Shown: positions 22,350 through 33,927 of the stretch, in pieces
Position numbering within the stretch: the first letter of the stretch is position 1
Layout of the letters: every line of letters starts with the position of its first letter
Assembly: GCA_002269645.1 (NCBI GenBank)
Contig: NIVC01000010.1
Span: 930,001-994,000, forward strand
Source of the DNA: Macrostomum lignano
Taxonomy: Eukaryota
Direction: 5' to 3'
Length of the DNA: 64,000 bases
Made by a program: the position numbers and the translations under genes
The notes under the pieces: model-generated
What the model was told of the DNA's origin: nothing
What the model saw: the letters and a program-made list of their open reading frames with translations, nothing else
The model's database searches: none

Positions 22350-25272
22350 GGGTCTGTATAAAAGCTAGAGTATTGGACACTGGAGACATTGGACACCCCC
22401 CTTATTTTAACAAAAGTCAAAATTTAAATGTTTTTTCTTTGCGGTAATAAAAATTTTAAACCTTGTGAACAAATACTAAATACCTAAGGTACATCGTATA
22501 ATACTGACAAAACAGGCTCCTTGCCTGAGCCAAATTTACTACGACTACTTACTAATTTTATACTTTGTCTTTATAAAAGAGTTTTTTATTACAATTTTAC
22601 ATACGCTTTTGGCAGTCCTTGAATTGATAGTTATCCACAAGTCCTTAAAATAAGGAGTGTCCAATGTCCAATGTGTCCAGTGTGTCCAGCTTTTAATACC
22701 CAGTGAAAAAAAGTATATGGATTCCATGTGGATTTTTCATATGAAATCCATATGTGCATTTGTCTCCGTCCATCCATGTGGAATTGAGATATTGATTCCA
22801 CATGGAAGATCCACATGGAAGTAATTATGTATTTCACATAGAATCCACATTGTCATTGAGTAAACAGCCATTATACTGGTTGCCATAATAAATTGTTGCA
22901 TCCTAAATCTCAAAATAATATCAGATCTCAAAATTTCATATGAACCCCAGATCTCAATACCATATAAAAGAAACTGAAACACAGATAAAAACACTAGCTA
23001 TAGCGAAAAAATATTTCTGCACAAAAATATATTCAAAAAGGATGTCTCAATAAGTAAGGTGTATTTATAATATACAGTAGTGAGTCACTGGCACACAAAG
23101 AATAAACACACTGATATAGATATTGATATCTTTAAAGTTGCGCTGCGCATATGATATAATATATAATTTGAAATTGACATTGTCAATAGCATTATTTAAT
23201 TAACAATAATATAATGCACCAGAATTAGAACAGTCAGAAACATGCTGCTGCCAATTGCCAGAATGCTGCTTCTTCAGGTTAGGTGAGAAACCTTAGAAAA
23301 GAAAGGGGTTAAATTACAGAATTTTATAACAGATTGATGATAGATTTTGTAATAGATTTTGATAGATTTTGATCTTATAACAGATTTTGATGACAGAAAA
23401 AAATCAGTTTATAACTAAAACTTACCATTGCTTCACAAAAGGTAGCATTCTAGATATTATATTCAAATTCCAAGTAGCTTTGCATGCTTCTTCAAAGGCA
23501 AGACCAAGGTGACATCCAAGTTTGAGGATGGGCCATGTAATGTTAGGCTGAAATGAAATAGAAAAATAATTGTTGCCAATTAAGATTGATAGATAATATT
23601 GATATAATTCATAAAACTAATTTAAGGATGAATACTTAATAAAGTTTATTTTAAAATTAACTAGGCCTAAGTTCTAGGTTTATTTTTTTATGCGCAAAGT
23701 GTGCATGTGCGCCTTAAATTTTAAAATTGCACCTTGAAAATTGAAATTAAAAAGTGGATACAGTTTAGGTGCGATTTCATTACCTATTTTTCTGTTGAAG
23801 CCTTATTTGCACTGCCTTTATATAAGAAAAAAGAGAAATTGCATTCTAAGCCTTAAAATCATAAAACCCTGAAAGTGAGCATAGGATATAATTTTGCACT
23901 TTGTCTCTAGCAAAAAAGAAAACCCTACCTAAGTCAATCAATGAACCAATGAAATAATAAGTACAAAAATAATTAATATATGTTTCTATAAATTTAATTT
24001 TTTATATTAAAATTGATTTTAAACTATAAAGTATTTAGGCAAAGCAATGCATGTTTTTTTATATTTGCTGGCCTAGTATGATTTAACATTAGGCCTAAGC
24101 TTAAATAGCTAGGGGGCCTATGCCCTATGCCTATGGCTATTAAATTCTGGACTTGGCCTAAATCAGATCAAATTTACAATAATCATTATTTATTTATAAT
24201 AGCAACCTTAGGGATCTGCTAGGCTAGCTATGCCAAAAGCAAGTTGCAAGTGTAAATGCAGAATTATTTATTATAATTAATAATACTGTTTTTAAAAATG
24301 CAACAAGTCCAAAAGATGCTAATAAGCTTTTTTGAAGAAAATCATAAATTAATAGATTTTTAACAGATTAACTAGATTGACTAGTCACAATTCACAAAGT
24401 CAAGCTAGTCCCAACTCCCAACCTTAATTAAAATAGGACCTAAATTGATAGTTATAGGCCTAGCTTAAAATAGGCCTAATAAGCATACATATAAATAGAT
24501 AGATAGGACTAAGAGGAAATTATGAACTTCTAAAGGCCTATTTAAGTTAAAAAATGAGTAGCCAATCTATGGACATGGCCATGGGATTCCTAGAAATTGG
24601 ATAGGGCCTAGGCCTAAATAAATTTATCATGGATTTTACCAAAAGTATTAGGCCTATCTATGATAAAATACTGATTTATCTAATTTCTAATCCCATGGAG
24701 GCCATGGCCTTATACTCGTAAGTTATTGCCTATAGGCTAGGTCTACTAAATTTTTTAAGGTGCTTAAATAGCCATAAACAAGGCACTTTATCTTTCAAGG
24801 CCTTGGACCAAGACATTGACGAATATAAAATAAAATTAATTTAATTTTAAAACGTACGAAACGTTTTTTATTGTTAACTTCTATTTTGTCTATTTTAACA
24901 AACAGTATCTTATTTTCCGATTATAATTTAGCTTTTAGATAATAATTTTTACTTAAAAGCATATAAATATAATAATTAATTTTAGTAATTTCATAAAAAC
25001 GTCTGAATAAGGTGTATCACAGTTTTTTATCGAAGTGGATTCCATGTTGAATCAATATACGCTTATTTCTCATGAATTCCTTGTAAAATCCACATCAACA
25101 TTAGGACAGTAAAAATAAAAAAATAATGCATAAAAAATACTTTGCATACCATTATGTCATCTTTAAGTCATTAATTTGCAAAAATTAAAGAAACATTTAA
25201 ATTCCACATGGCCACGTGGAACCCACGTGGAATCCATGAATCATTTTTCACTGGGTACAGCTAAACCGACCC
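22350..25272. mobile_element. MULE-type non-autonomous element
   Basis: Perfect 10-bp TSD TTCCGAAGCA at 22340-22349 and 25273-25282. Ends GGGTC...GACCC. Imperfect TIRs with ggacac repeats; the right arm is interrupted by the CACTA-N. Confidence 0.82.
22699..25255. mobile_element. Non-autonomous EnSpm/CACTA-N element (2557 bp)
   Basis: TIR CCCAGTGAAAAA / TTTTTCACTGGG. 2-bp TSD TA. Subterminal ggattccatgtgg / atccacatgg repeats at both ends. Confidence 0.85.
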
Positions 25273-25599
25273 TTCCGAAGCAAATCATGAGTCGGCCATT
25301 CTCTTGACTTTGGAAGCATGGTCACTAGCGCATCAAGCTATCCAAAGGCCCAAAGCATTATTGAGGACATGAAGTGGCTCCTCCCAGAGTCCCAGGTCGG
25401 CACCCTATCTATAGCCTATAGTTATCTTTTAATTTAATTTAAAACTCTAATTATAAAATACATCTAGTTTTTTTGTGTTTGGTTTATTTTACTATTTCCC
25501 TGTTTGGCCTAATAAAGAGGCCTAGTTTATTAAATAAGGGCCTACTTGCTTGTTGCAATTTGCAAATATATAAAAATAATTGTATATATTATTATTATT

Positions 25600-28010
25600 A
25601 TTATTAAACAGCTAGCTCAGGGGTCAGCAAAGCACCAATTGGTAGAAGACAGCTGAGTCCAGCCTAGCTACAGATTGAGGGGTAAGGCCTAGAGCCTGAG
25701 CCTGCAAGTCAGTGAGAAAGGTATCAGTCAGAGTGGTATAGCATGCCTGGCCCCAGTGGAGTCTTCTACAAGGTAGGCTGAGCAGCAGGTTAGCAAGCTA
25801 GGGTCCAGTGTCCCATGTGTAGGCCCGCAAGCAGTGGCCAATCAACATCTGGTGCCGCCTTTGCAAAGTGCAACCCAGGGGTAGCACATAAGTCTAGGCT
25901 ATCAGCTTAGTGTTGCTCACATGCTTGGGGAACTGGATGCCCAGGGCATGTGCAGGAAGTGACGATGACAGGTCTTTAAGCTCGCCTCATGAGTGGAATG
26001 GCAGTCATGGAGATGGCTTCTAGCCAGTGTTGGGCAAAGTTCCGGCACTTCCGGCACTTTTAGTACCAGAAGTTACTTTTTTTAAAGCGGCACTTTTTTC
26101 CGGTTCTTTTTTTAGAATGCCGGACTTCCTTAACGGAAGTTACTTTTTTATAAGTCCGGTCCTCCAGTACTTAAACATGAAATTTTAGGTGCCAAACAGT
26201 CAATTTAGCACTAAATAACAACTCCTTTGCAAGTTTTCTAACAAGCATAACTAGAAGTACACCAGGATGCTACACTCGTGATTCGTAGAACATCTTTTGA
26301 AGGCCGATTTCTTCATTTTGATGTTCGTGCAGGACGACACGAGTGATAAATTCTAAGAAGGTTTTGAGTTTTAACTCCTTGAGGCTAATTTTTATTTTCT
26401 AATTGCAGCGCAAAGACACTATAATCAAGATATTTTAAAGTCTTGCGCATTTGTCCATCTATCGAATTCCAGCCATAATTTGTTGTCCGGTATCTTTTTT
26501 GTTAACTGTTAACTGGCATTTCTAAGGCTCCCAGAATATTATTATTGATTCTAAATGAGTCAGCAGTACAAAAGTATAATTACACTACTGTAAAAGTACA
26601 ATACTATACAAGCACAATACTATATATAAGTAGGGCGACAAGAGATTAATGGCCCACGCAAACTGAGTTGCCTGAAGTATTCTACACTGATCATTGTGAC
26701 GCATTTATATTGGAAAAAAATTATCTCCATTTATATTTCTGAAGAGTCAGAATCAATATTTGAAAATCAGCCTCCAAATTTTTTTGTGCGAATCGTCCTG
26801 GTGTACAGTAATTTTTGTTTTTAAAGGTGTTATTTATTCACTCAAATTTTGGACGCGATAATAGCAAAAAACATTATGTAGCATCTTTATTTGAGAAATA
26901 ACATCATGTTTAACTCTATACCAACACATGTTTTTGTTTTTTTCACGAAGACATGTTTAAGTACTTTTTAATTGGCAGTTCTTTAAAGTTAGAAAGGACC
27001 GGTAACGGTAACGGCAAGTACCGGCCGTTACTTTTCTTTAAAAGTACCGGTACCGGAACAAGTGCCGGAAGTTACTTTTTTGGAACCGGAAGTTACTTAC
27101 ACTGCTTCTAAGTAATCTCGCAATTAAAGCTATATCTCGTAAATTGTACTCATTTTTGTATTAATATTTATACTCGTTGTTAGTTGTTAGTCGTCACTTT
27201 TCGTCCAAAAATACCGTAAAAATTCTGGCGCGCTTTCAAATACTCTATCTTTTACAATAATCTCGGCAAATCGTCGTCAAATCGTCTTTATAAACTTCTA
27301 TTTCGAAAATTTTTCCAAATACATAGCTCTATAATATATTGGCCAAACAGGCTAATTGCCTGAGCCAAATTCTCTCTCTTACTTACTTACTGCTTCTAGC
27401 CCATAGTTCAGCACCATCTCAATTGCCAAGCAGAAGAAGGCAACCTTCAGGCTGTTGGAGGCAAGTTGGCAGTTAAAGATAGAGTGGAGAAGGTGGGAGG
27501 CCTGCCATGCCAGCTGCTTGCGATTGTTGACAATGGCATCTGGGTCAATGACCAAGATGCCTAGATATTTGAACTGGTTGCATGGGGCAATGGTGTTGCC
27601 ATCTGGTAGAAGCAGTGGTGAATAGTTGGCAATGCCAACATGTAGTACCTCTGTCTTGCTATATTTGATGTGGAGCCCCATGCACTTCCCTTTGTAAGCC
27701 AGCCAACTTACCGCCCTCTATGCAGCTTTGGGGCTGCAGCAGGTCAGCGCCAAGTTGTTGGCATAGGCAAGGCAGGTCAGCTTAACACAGGGAAAGCAAA
27801 AGCTGCAGCGAGGCACCACTTCATAGGCCTAGCCATCTTTGTTGCGTAAAGCTAGCTGCATTTGTATGACATAGTCAATCAGGAAATTGAATAGAAACAA
27901 TGATAGGGTGTCACCTTGCAGGACCTTGGAGGTGGTGGCAAATTCAGATGTAGAGCCATGTTCAGTCTGGACAAAAGCCTTGGACAAGCTGTAAATGTCT
28001 ATGATTGCCT
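25600..28010 (-). pseudogene. 5'-truncated, decayed LINE (RTE-like) reverse transcriptase, interrupted by a hAT-type insert
   Basis: KVLQGDTLSLFLF, LAYANNLAL (degenerate YADD), GLHIKYSKTEVL, QFKYLG, and YGLEA|ISMT spanning the insert. (TAA)n-like tail near 25595-25610. Confidence 0.82.
26025..27392. mobile_element. hAT-type non-autonomous element in the LINE
   Basis: 8-bp TSD CTTCTAGC at 26017-26024 and 27393-27400. Starts CAGTGTTGGG and ends TACTG. Subterminal ccggcactt / aagttactttt repeats. A second end-like motif lies at about 27090-27110. Confidence 0.7.
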
Positions 28011-29234
28011 AAACCTTTATATACATTAGCATTAGGTTAGGGCCTAGGCTAACACTATAGCCATAGGCCATACTTGATGTTGATATACTACTTATGCTAT
28101 ATGCTATGCATAACCAAAATTTTCTTATAATCTATATTTAAAATACATGCAATAGTTTTTACAATTTTATCTATTTAATCTATTTTTCAAATGACCAATT
28201 TATTGCATAGCCATAGGCCTATCTTATAAATATAATATATAATTAATTTTGTATAGGCCCCTATTATAACTTTTAGTAGGCATAATTTAAAATCCTAGGC
28301 CTATATATGAAAATAGTTTTTCCATGATTTACTATAATATATGAAAAAAAGTAACAATAGTTTTAACCTATTAGGATCTATTATTAATAGTATCTTATTT
28401 ATTTATTATATTAAAGAAGGTTAATATTGTATTTATCTTAACTTAAGTCTTTATTAATATCATGCTAACTATATAACATGGATTTGCATAAAAAATCTAT
28501 TGCTTTATAACCTAACCTGGTTTAGGCTGGTTAGGGTTAAGGTTAGGTTTTTTTGCTAGTGCCAGGATGCAAAATCATATCCAAGGTACATGTTAAAGAT
28601 GCAAATTGGATAGTCAAGATATTATATAATATAAATATTGCATTAAGAAACCTAGCCTGGGTGCTGGGATATAAAAGGTCTAATTTATTTTAAGATGCAA
28701 TTTTGATAGTCAATATACTATAGTATCTCTATTGCATAAAAAAGAAACCTAGTCCCTGACCTCAGAAACTAAAGAGCTACATTTGCATTGAAAATGAAAA
28801 ATAATATTCATTTTAATTTAACTCATTGTAACTATTCAATGTGCATATGGCATCAAAAATTGTCTTGTTTGAGTCCCCAACCTTAGAGACTTAAGAGTTT
28901 CAGGTTCATTAAAGATTTATAACTGGCTATACTTTCTTTCTGGCTAAAGTCTTTCAAGTCTCTGTTATTGAGTTGTCAATATTACTAAATTTGTAAAATA
29001 TTCATTTTTATAATCATATTATTCATATGCTTCCTAATACTAAAACTGACGCGATGTTTGTCTTCTTTATATCTAAAAACCTCTATCTGTAAGTGTAACT
29101 TCCCAATAGCCATATCCATAGCTATAGTGGAATAATAGCTTTCAGAAATCGTATATCAGAATAACATGAAATCTGCTCAAACTCATTGTTGTCCTATTGC
29201 TTACCATTTTGATGCTTAATCATCATCAGTGAAA

Positions 29235-31248
29235 ATGGACCAGTACCTGGCCTCTCTAGAGCAGTTCTGGTCAAACACAGACCAAAATTTGCTAATAGAT
29301 TTTGCTCTACCAAATTGCCTACTAACTGAACCGTGCGTCCTAGGCATTGACGAAGCTGGCAGAGGGCCAGTCCTTGGTCCCATGGTCTATGCTTGCGCTA
29401 TTGGTCCACTGGAATCTGGCGAACCCGGCCTAAAGACTGTTGGCTTTGCCGATTCCAAGACCCTGACTGAGGAGCAGAGAGAGTCACTGTTTGAGGCTGT
29501 AAACACGCCGCCTCTGTGCGATCAGTTTGGCTATTTTGTCAGTGCGCTGAGTCCGCACTATCTAACTAGCAATATGCTGGATTTGCCCAAAACTAATCTC
29601 AATACAATGTCTATGGACGCTGCTGTTGGATTGGTGCAACGGGCTATTGATAGAGGAGTTCGACTGCAGCAAATCAAAGTTGATACTGTTGGCAAACCAG
29701 AGGCCTATAGGTCAGTTGATGTCAATGCTTTTTGGATGTTTAGTTGTATTGCATCCCTATATGAATGTGTATTTTAAGCTTCATCTTCCCTATAAATATT
29801 CCTAACATCCTCAATTTCGCCTTAGATTCACCCTTAGATCCCAAATCTCACCCTCAGATCCAAATCTCACCCTCGGATCCACATCTCACTCTTGGATTTC
29901 CTATTTCACTCTCAGATTCCAAATCTCGCACTCCTATCCAAATCTCACTCTCAAATCCAAATTTCACCCTCAGATCTCCAATCTCACCCTCTGATCCCAA
30001 ATCTTACCCTCTGATCCCAAATCTCACCCTTAGATCCAAATCTCGCCCTCTGATCCCAAATCTCACCCTCTGATCCCAAATCTCACCCTCAGATCCAAAT
30101 CTCGCCCTCTGATCCAAATCTCACCCTTGGATTTGCTATTTCACTCTCAGATCCCAAATCTCGCACTCCTATCCAAATCTCACTCTCAGATCCAAATGTC
30201 ACCCTCAGATCTCCAATCTCACCCTCTGATCACAAATCTCACCATCTGATCCCAAATCTCACCATCTGATCCCAAATCTCACCCTTAGATCTAAATTTCG
30301 CCCTCTGATCCCAAATCTCACCCTCTGATCCCAAATCTCACCCTCAGATCCAAATCTCGCCCTCTGATCCCAAATCTCACCCTTAAATCCAAATCTCACC
30401 CTCAGATACAAATCTCACCCTCGGATCTTTAATCTCACCCTTGGATCTTATTCTCAGATCCTGTAACTTTAGATCCCAAAGTGTTAGTTCGAGCTAAACG
30501 AATTATACATTCAATAGTATCTCCGGTATCTGTTCCAGATAATCTATAATGATAATTGATTACTTAAGTTAATGTTTTCTTCTTTTAACTAAATTTCAGA
30601 CAAAAGTTGCTGCAGATTTTTCCTCACCTGGATGTAATAGTTGAGAGCAAGGCCGATTTGAACCACCCAATTGTATCGGCCGCCAGTGTCTGCGCTAAGG
30701 TTAGTGCAAAAATTATATAATATCCACGTCTCTAAGAAACTTAAACCTTTCTACTTTCAACTTTAAGCGAACTTCTAGATCTAATCTAAAACTAAAACTC
30801 CGCCCAGGTGACTCGCGATCGGCTGCTGCGCGGCTGGCGCTACCGTGAGAAGCTGATCCCGGCGCCGCCACATGACCAGTGCGGCAGCGGCTACCCGGCC
30901 GAGCCAGCGACAAAGGCCTATCTGCGATCGGTCATCGACCCGGTGTTCGGCTTCCCCCAGCTGGTGCGCATGTCCTGGTCAACAGCCGCTGTGCTCATGG
31001 AGAAGCACTGCGTCCCGCTGCGCTGGCCTGACGACGATGAAGATGAGACTGGAAAGGGCAGCGGCGGATCGTCTAGGAAGCGGCGGAGTCTGGCCCCGGC
31101 TGAGGCCGCTGCCTCCGTTCAGATGATGAAGCACTTTGCTCAGCGGGGGACTCCTACTGAGCAGCAGCAGCGGAGTCGGCTGCGGAGGCAGCTGCTGAAC
31201 TGCGAGTTCTTTGCCAAGCACCAGCTGGCCAGGGTGACTGAGCTGTAG
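29235..31248 (+). CDS. RNASEH2A: Ribonuclease H2 catalytic subunit A, 3 exons
   Basis: Exons 29235-29710, 30600-30699 and 30808-31248 with matching phases (2,0). Motifs GIDEAGRGPVLGPMVY, DSKTL, DTVG, KAD..PIVSAASVCAKV.RD, GSGYP and DPVFGFPQLVR.SWST. Confidence 0.95.
29835..30445. repeat. Intronic minisatellite, about 18-20-bp unit (ctctgatcccaaatctcacc)
   Basis: Directly visible in RNASEH2A intron 1. Confidence 0.9.
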
Positions 31249-31727
31249 CCTAATGGGGGAATTGTGTGCCAAGCACCATCTGGCCAGGGTGACTGAGCTG
31301 TAGCCTAATTTAAGATTTTTCATCTATTTTTGCAAGCTTTCTTAGTACTTAATGTACAAATAAAATTGTGGTCTTACTGTAGTTTTATGTCATTAGCGTA
31401 TTTAACTTGTATGCATGCATATATATGCTTAGTTTATTTTTTATCAATTAAATGCATTTTAAAATAAACTCTGATAAAACGCATCAACTAAAATGCTTGA
31501 AATTTTCTAACTTTATCGATCGATCGTAAATAATATAGATTAATTAGTTGTTTACGTATTTGTTATTTTTCTGTCGAATTCATAAAATTAAAAAATCGCT
31601 GCTTACTTACTATAAGTAGTTTCTGGGGTGCTCAAAGTTAAACAAGCTTAAGAATGCAGAAATTAATACGAATCCAAATTGCGCTGAAATTGAAAAACTA
31701 TTTGGTAAATATAAAAGTGAGCATGAA

Positions 31728-31828
31728 CTTTGGCGCCACAGGCACTCATTTTGACGCCGCAGGCACTCATTTTAGCGCTACAGGCACTCATTTTAGCGCC
31801 GCAGGCACTCATTTTGGTGCCGCAGGCG
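31728..31828. repeat. 21-bp tandem repeat (ttttggcgccgcaggcactca), about 5 copies
   Basis: Directly visible. Confidence 0.85.
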
Positions 31829-32680
31829 CGATATATTTTGTCACCCTGAAGCAAAAATTATTGATTTTTACGAATATAAGGGATCAGCAAGATGGGCATG
31901 GTGGGGACAAAGCATTGGCATGCCCCTCCATAGCTTTTACTGGAGGGGGACATGTCCCCTCTGTCCCCACCGGTGGCGCCGCCCCTCGTTGGCGATCTCC
32001 TAGGTGTGAATCGCATGAACAACACCCTGGGCCAGTTTTCCTGCACAGGTCGCAAATGAGTGACGTGTTCGTAGCGTGGAATCGAACCAGGTGCAAGGTC
32101 GAGAGTCGAGAGAACTGCTCTGCCCCCCCCTCCCACAAGTTTGAAGCTCTCCACCTCTTCAGCAGATTCCCCTCCCCAGCATAGCGCTGCTCGTCAAACA
32201 TACTTGTGCGAAGAACAATATTGTTGTTGCAATATATGGATTTTGTCCTCACAGGATTCGCACCTTCCGTGAGGTCGGCAGGCGATCCCATCCGACTGCG
32301 TTGCATTTTCGGGAGTCTACTCAACGTTACTGCAGTGTCTGTCGGTCTTGAATACTAAGACTGGGTGGATAGGTTATGGCCTATTAAACTTGAAAAAAGA
32401 CAGACTGACAATGACAATTGCGTATCCTAGGAAACTGCACGAGTTAACTGCATGGAGAATATATCTTCGTGCAGTATAACAGTTAATACACAGCCAATCA
32501 TGAGCAGCCCTCATCGCTTTCCAAGGATTCTGCTTCAATCTATATCTATATTATAACTATATCTAAATAACTAAAACTCTAGCTCCAAAAACCGTATACT
32601 GTTTTGCCTTTGCCGTAAGGGTAAGCTTAGCCTCAGTGAATTTAGCTACGGAATACGTTTACCGGATCTGTGAGTCAGCC

Positions 32681-33394
32681 ATGCTGCTGCTGCTGCTGCT
32701 GCTGAGCTGCCAGCTGCTGCGGTCGCAGGGCCTGCCGTGTCCCGCACCGTTCACCCTGCAGGCCGGTCTGTGCCTGTTCGTGAGCACAGCTCACAGCCAC
32801 AGCTGGTGCTCAGCCAATCGGCAGTGCGCATCGATCGGAGGTGAGCTCGTCAACTCGCACAGCTCCATCCTGGCGCTGAATCGCAGCGGCATCAGCTCAT
32901 CCTGCAGCTGCCACCTGTGGCTCGGACTGAGCGACCTGGCCGATGAGAGAGGCAACAAGAGAGACGGCTGGCAGAGGGTCAATGGAAACGGCTTCGCTGA
33001 CCCTCCCTTTGATCTGTTTTCCGAATACGAGCCGTCAGGATATTACGAAAACTGCATTCGAATGGACCATCTGGGGCTGCTTAGAGACGCTTACTGCAGC
33101 CGTAACTATGGATTCGCTTGCGAGTACAAGGATCCCTCTGCTTACCGGAAGCTCGCCATTTGGAAGAAGGTGTCGTTCAAGAGAGCCAGCTTCAACACCG
33201 AGTGCTGCTTCACCGATGTTCCGAATGTGAGCAGCGTTTTTGAGTGCGTTGCCGCCGCTATGATTGAGGCCAGCTGCAGACACGTGCTGTACAACAGCAA
33301 GCTGAGAGCCTGCCGCCTGCTGCTGTTCACCGACGCTCAGGTGGAGGCGGAGATCGAGACGAGCGCCGACTGGGTCAAGTTCCGATTCGAGTGA
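32681..33394 (+). CDS. Secreted C-type lectin domain plus PAN/apple-like domain protein, intronless
   Basis: Signal peptide MLLLLLLLSCQLLRSQG. C-type lectin pattern CP..F....LC, W..A...C...GGEL, LWLGLSD, EPS, ENC and D..C....F.CE. C-terminal C...C...C..VLYN....CRL pattern. Confidence 0.8.
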   Translation: MLLLLLLLSCQLLRSQGLPCPAPFTLQAGLCLFVSTAHSHSWCSANRQCASIGGELVNSHSSILALNRSGISSSCSCHLWLGLSDLADERGNKRDGWQRVNGNGFADPPFDLFSEYEPSGYYENCIRMDHLGLLRDAYCSRNYGFACEYKDPSAYRKLAIWKKVSFKRASFNTECCFTDVPNVSSVFECVAAAMIEASCRHVLYNSKLRACRLLLFTDAQVEAEIETSADWVKFRFE

Positions 33395-33927
33395 TTAATA
33401 AGGAAGCAGACGGTTCCGTACAGCACCTGTGGAATTCTGCTTAGTCTCTTTTTTGAGTCCAGAAACGGTGATTTTCAACATATATATGGCCGGTAGTCCC
33501 TTTTAAAGATAGAAATATTTTTGTTAGAATGAGTCACGGCAAGCATTGTTGGTTGACTACTTTGCATCAAAGTTCCTAAATCTTGTATAACGCGATTCTG
33601 TTTGTTTGAGTAACTTTTTACTTATCTACTCAATCCATGATCGATAATATATATTTGTATCGATAAAAAATTTCATAGATTTTTATTTTTATTTGTCGTA
33701 TATTTTTATATTAATTAAAATCCTTTTTGGAGAAGTAACAATTTCTCTAAATTTTAACAGATCTAGGTTACGACCATTTTTATCTATCTTTTAAAAATAT
33801 ACCTATCAAACGTCTAAGCTGCCACAGCTATCTTACTTACTTACTCAAAAGGCTGCAGTTAGCTTAATATTTTTATTCCAGATTCCTCTTACTTCTTGTA
33901 CTTTCAATAAATAGAAATTACAAACTG

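Larger units (their letters stand above)
21630..25420 (+). pseudogene. Decayed Gypsy-type internal remnant (gag zinc knuckles, protease start, integrase core), split by nested insertions
   Basis: Degenerate knuckles CCQCGDFGHRRC and CSFYNKPRHLAKA, then TVSINGKRLE. Integrase fragment ...VDQNSRYPIVIAMKSITAEGTIKQLKQIFAMFDIPKQ (to 22349) continues as IMS... and VTSASSYPKAQ after 25282. Frameshifts and large deletions. Confidence 0.78.

Noticed and set aside
23230-24820. Exon-like pieces inside the CACTA-N (for example 23547-23426 with good splice sites)
   Set aside because: The only open frame runs into a stop in the next putative exon, and there is no recognisable domain.
31900-31995. hAT-like terminus (reverse complement of AGGGGCGGCGCC)
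   Set aside because: No partner end or TSD was identified, so the element could not be delimited.
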